IMG/VR virus record: IMGVR_UViG_3300032231_000005
Coordinates: 1-47,757 of that record
Reading direction: 5' to 3' (one strand)
Source: a virus
Lineage: Duplodnaviria > Caudoviricetes
Length of the DNA: 47,757 bases
A model generated the notes under the pieces. It saw nothing but the letters and a program-made list of their open reading frames with translations. It ran no database searches and had not been told where the DNA came from. Of this stretch, positions 36,340 through 44,421 are shown one piece after another (within the stretch, counting starts at the first letter, position 1; each line of letters begins with the position of its first letter). The translations under genes and the position numbers were made by a program.

Positions 36340-39006
36340 CTATGGAATACCACCTGTTGCAATTGTCTCAGCTACTTGTGCGTTAGCATTACCCTGCTGG
36401 GCGGGGCTAGCAATATTGTTAGTTGTGTTCACAGTCATGTTGCTAGTTACCGTAGACCCAAAATTACTAGGGATACTCGCCATATTCATCGACAGACCAA
36501 CTAGCCCCGCGTTTATACTACTAATCGCTGTCGTGATTGTGTCGGTTTCAGCTACGATGCTTTGAGAGAATGTGCCATAACGACTTTGCGTTGCGTCTAA
36601 CTCTATTGTAGAGTTCTGCCGTAACGCTGTGTAAGCGTCGCTTGCGTCCTGTATTGCTTGGATTTGATTGTCGGTTGCTAGCGTTGTTGCCTCGTCCATC
36701 GTTTCCATTGACGTGGTTACACCCATACTCGCATCATCGGCTGCGGTTTCAAGGTCGTCGAGGCTAACGCCCATATCATCGGCTAACATTTCAATACCAT
36801 CTACTATTGACGTGTCACCTGTTGCTTCCTCTAATGCGCTACCAATGTTTAACGCGGTGGCAAAATCCTCATTGTCAAGTGCATCATTCATCTGTGTTGT
36901 TAGCGTTTCAATCATTGCGTCAGCAGTCTCGCTAATGCTTTCGAGATCAATCAGCCCCTCAGGATTTAATAAACCCTCCATTAATTCAGGGTTGCCTAGG
37001 ACTGTCTCTAATTGCGCTCTAATATCGGCTTGTGCATCTTCCGGTATATTAAACTCATCAAAAAACCTATTAAATTCGAAGGTTTCAAACGTTTCGTTGA
37101 ATGACGCATTCATACCAACCCCATCAATTGCAATTGATAGCTCATCAAGCGCGTCTTGGGTGACACCGAACTGAGACATCAGGTCTTCGCCTGTAGCGGT
37201 GTTCGCTATGCCCTCCATTGCGTCACGTAACGCCACAACCTGCTCAACATCGCCAATTTCAACGGCAATATCAAATTGATCGGATAACGATGTTAACAAG
37301 TCGCTCGAATCAACCCCACGACTTAAAGCGTCAGCTACAGCGTCCTCAATTTGATCCGCACTTTCGGCAGTCGCTAAATCAATTTGCAACTCACCGCCCG
37401 CCAACCCCGAAATAGCCTCGCGAACGTTATCGCCAGTTGCAAGTGGAAGTGCGTCGAGGGTATCCGCTATACCTATTCCCAAGCTAAAGAAGCCGTCAGT
37501 AATCGCCTCACGAACTTCTAACAGGACTTCCACCACTTCGTTATCATCAAATGCAATACGGAATGAGCCTTCAATACCTGTGCCACTATCTAGGCTGTCG
37601 AAAAAAGTTGTAATATCGCCTGTCAAATCGTCTAACAGAGTAGTTATGTTAAACTGTTCGTCTAATGCTTCACCCAATCCGGTGCTAACGACACGTTGCA
37701 TACGCTCCCACGCCGATGGTAAGGTTTCACTCAACGCTGTGCCAGCGTCATCTAATGTACCTTCAAATTCAATTGCCGCGCTGTCTGCCTCGTTCAATGC
37801 GTCAATAAATACTTGCGGATCTATGTCTTCAAATTGCGTGCCGAACAATTCAACCGCAAGCCGGGATTGCTCAAGCGGGTCTTCAACTTCGGAAAGTGCG
37901 CCAATAGTAGCCTTGATGAAATCGTCACCCGCTACCTCGCCTAGTCTAAACTGTTCTGCTAATTCATCTATGCTTAAATCTGCGAACTGTTCATCTAATA
38001 AGCCAACGCCGTCAGTTACTTCGTTAGCGCGAATGTTAAATTCTCGGAACGAATCAGCTATTAAATCTGTATTCCAAATACCCGCCTCAAGCCCCGCGGT
38101 TAAGAACGCCTGTATATCTTCTGCACTCATATCTAATGCTTGGAATGTCGTCCCGTATTCATTTAATGTGTCGAGTAGATCGCCAGAACTATCTGCGCCT
38201 GCTTGAAACATTGATGCGATAACATCCCCTGCGGTTTCAAAATCTGGTACCATTTCTGTTCGGACTAGCGTTGTCATTGTGCGTAAAATTCCGGCGGGGT
38301 CTTCACCCGTAATGTCAGACAAAATCAAAGCGTTGCGAGTGGCGACCTCAAGGCTTTCCATCTCAACCCCAAGCTGTTGAGCTTGGGTTAAAACGGATGA
38401 TATTTGTTCACGACTATCGCCCCAGCCATCAGTCCATATCTCATTGATTAGCCTGTCAGCTTCGGGGATAAGCGTCCCTACTTGCGCCTCCATTTGGGCT
38501 AGCAAAGTTTGCATTTCAAACAAACCGCCAACACCTGAAATGTCAAGCGCGGTTTCTAAGCCGCCCGTAAGTAGGTCAACTGCTGTCCCCGCGATGTTCA
38601 GTGTTAACTCAATTGCCTGCATGTTACGAATGTCTTCAATATTTCGTAACGCTTCGTCTAATTCGTCCTCTTGCACCCCCACTCGGACGCTGGCATCTTC
38701 CTCAAGGTCTGCAATTAATCCCAGCGCGGTTTCTATTTCACTTTCATCGACAGTGACATCAATACTTACACCCTGCTCTAAGTCGTTGATTAACGATAGC
38801 GCGTTTTCAATCTCGCTATCATTGACCGATATATCAATACTGCGTGACCCAATATCAGCTAATGCCGAACTGGCGCGATTAGCGGACGCGACAAGATCAT
38901 CAAATGCGCTATCCGCATCACTAGCGGCGTTTGTAATGGCGCGTAAATCTGCTAACGCTTGTCGCTTATTCAGTTGTATGTCTATATCAACTCTTGGCGT
39001 TGTCAT
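36340..39006 (-). CDS. Tape measure protein
   Basis: 888 aa, helical, after the chaperone pair; GDLLDTLNEY...GIWNTDLIADSFREFNIR phage minor-tail/TMP motif. Confidence 0.9.
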   Translation of the reverse strand: MTTPRVDIDIQLNKRQALADLRAITNAASDADSAFDDLVASANRASSALADIGSRSIDISVNDSEIENALSLINDLEQGVSIDVTVDESEIETALGLIADLEEDASVRVGVQEDELDEALRNIEDIRNMQAIELTLNIAGTAVDLLTGGLETALDISGVGGLFEMQTLLAQMEAQVGTLIPEADRLINEIWTDGWGDSREQISSVLTQAQQLGVEMESLEVATRNALILSDITGEDPAGILRTMTTLVRTEMVPDFETAGDVIASMFQAGADSSGDLLDTLNEYGTTFQALDMSAEDIQAFLTAGLEAGIWNTDLIADSFREFNIRANEVTDGVGLLDEQFADLSIDELAEQFRLGEVAGDDFIKATIGALSEVEDPLEQSRLAVELFGTQFEDIDPQVFIDALNEADSAAIEFEGTLDDAGTALSETLPSAWERMQRVVSTGLGEALDEQFNITTLLDDLTGDITTFFDSLDSGTGIEGSFRIAFDDNEVVEVLLEVREAITDGFFSLGIGIADTLDALPLATGDNVREAISGLAGGELQIDLATAESADQIEDAVADALSRGVDSSDLLTSLSDQFDIAVEIGDVEQVVALRDAMEGIANTATGEDLMSQFGVTQDALDELSIAIDGVGMNASFNETFETFEFNRFFDEFNIPEDAQADIRAQLETVLGNPELMEGLLNPEGLIDLESISETADAMIETLTTQMNDALDNEDFATALNIGSALEEATGDTSIVDGIEMLADDMGVSLDDLETAADDASMGVTTSMETMDEATTLATDNQIQAIQDASDAYTALRQNSTIELDATQSRYGTFSQSIVAETDTITTAISSINAGLVGLSMNMASIPSNFGSTVTSNMTVNTTNNIASPAQQGNANAQVAETIATGGIP

Positions 39007-39272
39007 GTATTACGCTTCTTATTCATTTCTTCGACACGATCATACTCTTGCAAAACCTTCACAGTCCTAGACCCTGTTGCATACGCCACGCGCTCAATGC
39101 GCTCTAAGCGTGACATATCGTAAAACCACTCATAATTAGTCAACCCACTATCGTGCAATATGCCAATTTCGTTATAGTAGACACCACCACTGACGTTACC
39201 CTTTTTGAACGTTGGATGATCCCCGGTCTTTATTATGTCGGCTACCAATCTGCCTTTGTAACGCAGGTCGAA
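39003..39272 (-). CDS. Tail assembly chaperone, frameshift (GT-like) extension
   Basis: Overlaps the upstream chaperone in the +1 frame, which opens just before ATC TTT CGA (39276-39268). Confidence 0.65.
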   Translation of the reverse strand, partial: FDLRYKGRLVADIIKTGDHPTFKKGNVSGGVYYNEIGILHDSGLTNYEWFYDMSRLERIERVAYATGSRTVKVLQEYDRVEEMNKKRNT

Positions 39273-39804
39273 AGATGCGAAGCTGATTTACAACTTCCTC
39301 CTGTGTCACTGGCAACAGCTTTGTAATGTAGCCATCTATAATCATTTCATCGTCAGCGTTTAACGCGCAATAATAAACGGCGATTTCATAATCGTCGTCT
39401 GGTAACTCGCTACCGTATTCCTTCAAGAATGCGATTTTGTCAGCGAGGTATTCAATTAGCCCCTCACTATCGAAGTCGGGGAATGTGACATATTGATTGT
39501 AGAGAATGCGCTTGCTATCCCGTGACCGTTGACTCTCAACACGCTTGGCCTCAATTAAGTATTCAGGGTCATTGGGGTTCTCATATTCAGTTTCACCCAT
39601 AGCGAATTGCATTTTCGTTTTGTCATCAGGGTCAACAGCCACAATCGGCACGTCGGGGTCGGGATATGTTTCCTTTAGCCGTTCTTGGATTGCGTATAAA
39701 GCGCGAACAGGGATAGGGGTAATGTGTACCCTTATCCCTGTGTACTTGGTTGTGTATTCAATCACACCGCGATTAGGTGCGTTACCTAGTGATACATTAC
39801 TCAT
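39196..39804 (-). CDS. Tail assembly chaperone (G-like)
   Basis: Lies between tail tube and tape measure; acidic; NPNDPEY motif. Confidence 0.75.
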   Translation of the reverse strand: MSNVSLGNAPNRGVIEYTTKYTGIRVHITPIPVRALYAIQERLKETYPDPDVPIVAVDPDDKTKMQFAMGETEYENPNDPEYLIEAKRVESQRSRDSKRILYNQYVTFPDFDSEGLIEYLADKIAFLKEYGSELPDDDYEIAVYYCALNADDEMIIDGYITKLLPVTQEEVVNQLRIFRPALQRQIGSRHNKDRGSSNVQKG

Positions 39805-39818
39805 ATTTTCACCTTTGC

Positions 39819-41360
39819 CTAACTTGCTTCGCTAGTTACTTCGCCAATAAATCCCTGTGAACTGACAACTTCACCACAGGACAACCCGCTACCTGTTGAT
39901 GTCCCTTGTCGATTGCGTGCAATTGCAATGTCGTTCATACCCGCGTTCGTTGGTAAGAATGCGGTTGTGTTAGCGATTTCGATTTGGTTATCACCTAATG
40001 CGCCACCTGATAAATCGCGGATAACTTGCCCGACGGGACTTGCGTTATCTTGCACGATATATAGGGCTTCACAATACAGGCTACCCCAGTCAAATGCACG
40101 TATGCCACCAACGCCCGTGTTTGGGAATGAAGGCTGTGTAAAGGTTGGCGCGGTTGCATTGCGGTCTGTGGTCTTAAAAATCTCGCCCGCGTCAGTGCCG
40201 ATGATTAGGTTTTTCAGACTTGGGTGGGTACCACAAATGAGCGCGTCAATTTGGTCGGTTGTCCCTGTCACGCTATTTGCAATCACGGTTGCGGTTGGGT
40301 TGTCCAACCCATTGATGACTAAAATACCACCATTAGCCAAACCACAGAACACCTTATTATCTTGAACAGCGTGAATGCTGGTAATGTTTTCAGTGGTCGC
40401 ACTTGCGCTAAAGCCCTGCTGTACAAAAGTGATTCCGTTGTCGTCAGACTTCCAAACATAACCGCCGTCGCCAACCGCCCACACACGCCCGTTCGGGCAG
40501 GTGTCAACAAATGATGGGAAGTTTGTAGCGATACCAGTTGATGCAGTGTAAGTACCTGTGCCTGCTAGTAATTCCTTTTTGTCAACATAGGCGCAACCGT
40601 CAGCACTGCCCGCGTAAATCACATAACGACCCGATTCGGTCACATCGGTTGTATGCCCTGATGTAAATGGGGTAACACTTTCTTGCGCCCACGTCGCGCC
40701 ATTGTCAGATGTGTAACCCGTTAACCCCGGACTTACACCCACACTGGCACTCTCACTAGCGGTCACAAACTTGTTACCGCCTAGCCATATGATTTTGTTT
40801 TGCGCGGTTGTTAGTGTTGCACCTGAAATGTCACGGTGCAATAACGGAGCTTGTCTGAACATAAACCCAGCTTGAATAGCTTCGGTCTGTTTAATGTTCT
40901 CATCAACACCTGTACTCGAATCAGCAACCATGTTATCGAAACCGAAACTGGTATTCTTTACATCGTATAGATATAAGATTTCTTGCCAGTTGCTAACATC
41001 GCGCATATCTCCACAACGGAACCGAATACGCAAATTAAGCCGATTTGCATTGCACGCATCACCATCCCATCGGATGTTACTGTCTCTCAATAGCCCCGCC
41101 AGATAGTCTTGCGCTTTGATCCGCGCTTTAATATTGGTTGTTGCAACTGCGGGATTGCCCGTCGCATGTTGCCCGTAATAGACGCTAGAGCCGATTTCTG
41201 AACGCCCCCAATCCGTTTCGTAAGACACACCACCGCCTGATGGCGCATCGACTTCCGCGTCAGCGTCTAATACAACCCAACCGACATCGCCTGTATTGCC
41301 TTTCTGAATGTCAACAACGGTGACTTCTCTACCGTTGCTAATTAACCCTTGATCGCCCAT
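39819..41360 (-). CDS. Major tail tube protein with C-terminal Asp-box beta-propeller
   Basis: Directly upstream of the chaperones; YTSDNGATW and WKSDDNGITF BNR repeats. Confidence 0.65.
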   Translation of the reverse strand: MGDQGLISNGREVTVVDIQKGNTGDVGWVVLDADAEVDAPSGGGVSYETDWGRSEIGSSVYYGQHATGNPAVATTNIKARIKAQDYLAGLLRDSNIRWDGDACNANRLNLRIRFRCGDMRDVSNWQEILYLYDVKNTSFGFDNMVADSSTGVDENIKQTEAIQAGFMFRQAPLLHRDISGATLTTAQNKIIWLGGNKFVTASESASVGVSPGLTGYTSDNGATWAQESVTPFTSGHTTDVTESGRYVIYAGSADGCAYVDKKELLAGTGTYTASTGIATNFPSFVDTCPNGRVWAVGDGGYVWKSDDNGITFVQQGFSASATTENITSIHAVQDNKVFCGLANGGILVINGLDNPTATVIANSVTGTTDQIDALICGTHPSLKNLIIGTDAGEIFKTTDRNATAPTFTQPSFPNTGVGGIRAFDWGSLYCEALYIVQDNASPVGQVIRDLSGGALGDNQIEIANTTAFLPTNAGMNDIAIARNRQGTSTGSGLSCGEVVSSQGFIGEVTSEAS

Positions 41361-41367
41361 CTTTAAA

Positions 41368-41895
41368 TTACCTCACACGGCGTATGCCGTCTTGTATGCT
41401 TTGATTGATTATCACTATTACGTCTATCTCATCTTGAAAGTATGTATCCGCAAACTTGCGCCCGCGTATACCGGGGTGCATAACTGTTCGTTTTGATACC
41501 CAGTTGCCTGAGCGTGAGCCATCGCCTACGTTGCCCCGCGCTATTGGTGCTGACTTAGCACTATACCCTGTTTTAAATCGCAGTGCGGGGGCGTTGACAG
41601 CCGTGATGGGGTATGCTCTACGCTTTTCGCCGTGTAGCCCTGTCCCCTCATCAACCCAATACCATATGTCGCGCATGTCGCCCGTCGCCCGAACAGTCAA
41701 GTCTAAGGTGGCAGGGTTATCGACTACTTGCACAACGAACACGGGCTTACCATCCCAGTTTGCAATTTCGCGCAAGTAATACGCTTTGGCGTTAGTGCCG
41801 ATTTCTTCCAGTGTCTCTTTTAATGTCCGGCCTAATTGCTTGCCGATTTTCTTCACATAATCGGCTATGCGGATACCACTGCGACGGCTAGTCAT
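41368..41895 (-). CDS. Neck/tail-completion protein (HK97 gp10-like)
   Basis: WVDEGTG.H...YPI......LRF...V.HPGI..R.F motif. Confidence 0.7.
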   Translation of the reverse strand: MTSRRSGIRIADYVKKIGKQLGRTLKETLEEIGTNAKAYYLREIANWDGKPVFVVQVVDNPATLDLTVRATGDMRDIWYWVDEGTGLHGEKRRAYPITAVNAPALRFKTGYSAKSAPIARGNVGDGSRSGNWVSKRTVMHPGIRGRKFADTYFQDEIDVIVIINQSIQDGIRRVR

Positions 41896-43022
41896 TAGAC
41901 TGCACCTATCCTAAAGCCTTTTGTCAGTGTCAAGACTTCGCGCCATGCAAGCACCTGCCCACGCTTCAGTCCAAATGGGTTATTCAAAAACGCCATTTGT
42001 AATTCGTCGCGTGGTGTCGCTTCGCGGTCACGCGCAAATCGTCCAAAGGTGATGTCATAAATCGGCTTGATCTTTTCCGGCAAATAGGTATTTGACAGCC
42101 TGATTGTCGGAATAGCTAACCGCCTGTCTATGCGTTGATTGACCAACGGAAACCCCGCCAGATACTTCAATTCCACGGTGTCTATGCCACTGGTTGCGCT
42201 AGGGTAGTCAAAACGCGCTTGGAATATACCGTTATCAGCGTCCACAAAGCGCGGTGTCGCTATTGCGCTTACATCGTCAGCGTTGTTGTATGCGGTTGAC
42301 CCACCTTTAACGGTCACACCGTTGGTAGTATCAGTGTACACACGGTATATATCGACTTGCGTTATGAAGTCCCCCGCGATTGTCGTTGTGGCGAAGTTCC
42401 GCACTAGCCCCGACACTTGAGTGTACTCGTTCCCCCATATGCTAGGTTGTACAAATAGTGACCGATGTCCGGTTATGGTGATGGTACTTGCATTAGTCCG
42501 CACAACTCGTAACGGATAAATACGCCAATACTCATCACCCGCACTATCAGCACCATCAGCGACCCTGAAAAATACTTGTATTTCGTCGGGATCGGTTTCA
42601 GTGTCCGTTAGCGTTATGGTTGCGGTGTCGTCTATGTTAGGCAACGCCACACTAGAATACACGATATTTACATCTGCCTCTAATAAGGTGCTAGCCCGCT
42701 CCCCAAATTCAATTACATTACGCCATTTCGTTTGTAAGTATTGGTATGGCAACGGCGTATCACACTCATCTATAGACAATGTTTCAGTCACATAGCGCGG
42801 TGCAATTGGGGAACGTAAATAATTCTCCATATTGGCACGCGCATCAACCAACCCTTGTGCTATAAAATCGCGCTCGAATTGAATGTATACCGTCGCACCT
42901 GAACTAATTTCAGCGTCTTCGCCAGACACCTGATTAAACCACCACTCAGGGCGACCATCAGCTTCCATATAGCGACCCCACTCATTCAGGAGTTCAGGCT
43001 GGATGTACGGGCTAACTGCCAT
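41895..43022 (-). CDS. Head-tail connector/adaptor protein
   Basis: Position; N-terminal helical ARANMENYLRSPIAPRY and VELKYLAGFP adaptor-like motif. Confidence 0.6.
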   Translation of the reverse strand: MAVSPYIQPELLNEWGRYMEADGRPEWWFNQVSGEDAEISSGATVYIQFERDFIAQGLVDARANMENYLRSPIAPRYVTETLSIDECDTPLPYQYLQTKWRNVIEFGERASTLLEADVNIVYSSVALPNIDDTATITLTDTETDPDEIQVFFRVADGADSAGDEYWRIYPLRVVRTNASTITITGHRSLFVQPSIWGNEYTQVSGLVRNFATTTIAGDFITQVDIYRVYTDTTNGVTVKGGSTAYNNADDVSAIATPRFVDADNGIFQARFDYPSATSGIDTVELKYLAGFPLVNQRIDRRLAIPTIRLSNTYLPEKIKPIYDITFGRFARDREATPRDELQMAFLNNPFGLKRGQVLAWREVLTLTKGFRIGAV

Positions 43023-43520
43023 TATTTATCCGTTTCTGTTTTCGGCTTAACCGCTTTCGGCTTGCTGGTCGATTGGGGTGTAAGTGTGACCCACTCTAGC
43101 CCCAACCCGCTAGCCGTATTGCCTTTTGCATAGTCAGGGTCACACAATAGTTTTGCGTGATTGGCATCGACTTCAATCGGCTCACCGCGATATACATACT
43201 GCTTGTTGCCAACCTTGAAGCCAAAACTGCGCTGGCGTGGTACTGCTAAGTCCACCTTAGCCATTAGTTACCCCCTGTTTGCTTTTGCGTGTTCGCTTGG
43301 CTGGCTTACGTTGTGTACTCGCCATTGGGGGTGCATCTTTTACATACTCCCACTCGGTATTTTCCACTCGATCAATAAGCCACTCAGCATCCTGAACCCA
43401 GACTTTAATGGGTTCACCTTTGTAGGCAATGACCTCCCCACTGCGAGGCATACGCGCACCGAAATGGGGAATGTCTTTGTTTGTGTGTTTAATTATTGCG
43501 GTTTCGGCATATCTCATCAT
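43022..43520 (-). CDS. Two small related capsid-adjacent proteins (43022..43264, 43257..43520)
   Basis: Both carry FG...Y(R/K)GEPI.V....A..L and basic tails. Confidence 0.6.
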
Positions 43521-43524
43521 GCAC

Positions 43525-43959
43525 CTATGTGAACAAACAATAGGTGAATACGATTTGAGCCAAGCCCGCGCTAGGGTCTGCGTTGCTTCCGGTGTATGTA
43601 GCTTGCACAGTCACGTCCGCCGTTAACGGTGTGCCAAATTGCAATAACTCACTAGCGACAAAACCCGTCACGATTTGACCCGCACTGGATACGTCTAGGT
43701 TAACGGCGTACTTATCGGCATCGGTTGAGATACCAATATCAAGTAAATCCGTTCCGGTGTCATTGAACGCTGTTTCTACATTGACCGCCACAGATACGAT
43801 TACCGCACCCCTAGGCAATGTGAACAGTGCCTTTGCTGTTGTGTCCGTATACGCTACTGTGTTGAACATGACGGCAAGTGTACCCCCGAAGTTTGGGGGT
43901 GCAAAACCATCAGATGAGCTATAGTAACGTCCCGGCGTTGTAAAGTTACCAAGTGTCAT
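43525..43959 (-). CDS. Head decoration/cement protein
   Basis: LFTLPRGAVIV...V.TAFN..GTDLLDIG motif, downstream of the capsid. Confidence 0.65.
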   Translation of the reverse strand: MTLGNFTTPGRYYSSSDGFAPPNFGGTLAVMFNTVAYTDTTAKALFTLPRGAVIVSVAVNVETAFNDTGTDLLDIGISTDADKYAVNLDVSSAGQIVTGFVASELLQFGTPLTADVTVQATYTGSNADPSAGLAQIVFTYCLFT

Positions 43960-43969
43960 ATGGTTACTC

Positions 43970-44410
43970 CTACACTGTTCCGGTATTAGGGCTTAACTTC
44001 GCGCCTTCGACCAAACTAACAGCGTAATAAACAGGTGATGTACCTGCCAACGTGAACACAACGCGCACAAAGCGGGTTACCTTCTGACGACGCAATGCCA
44101 ACACTTGGAAGCTGTCAACCGTAGTTACTTGCGTAAACGTGGTTGCGTCCCCTGTGTCGGGATCAATAAGCGCAACTGCCGGAACTGCTACCCAACCCGT
44201 GCTACCGTCGTCTGATTCTTCGACAGTTACGTCAAGCGTTGGGGTAGTACCACTGATTGCATTAACTGCCACAACCAACGCCACAACGGGTTCACTGTTG
44301 TTGATTAAGTCAACTGCCGTGCCGGGGGCGGTGGCGGTATATGTGTTTACCTGATTTGATTGTGAACGCTGTATCGCGCCTACAATGTCACGACCTACAA
44401 TATTAGGCAT
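43970..44410 (-). CDS. Head decoration protein
   Basis: GTTPTLDVTVEESDDG..W...RFVRV motif directly after the capsid. Confidence 0.65.
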   Translation of the reverse strand: MPNIVGRDIVGAIQRSQSNQVNTYTATAPGTAVDLINNSEPVVALVVAVNAISGTTPTLDVTVEESDDGSTGWVAVPAVALIDPDTGDATTFTQVTTVDSFQVLALRRQKVTRFVRVVFTLAGTSPVYYAVSLVEGAKLSPNTGTV

Positions 44411-44421
44411 TATCTATTCTC

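Noticed and set aside
36668-39070. Long plus-strand Ser-rich ORFs
   Set aside because: Antisense shadows of the acidic tape measure gene.
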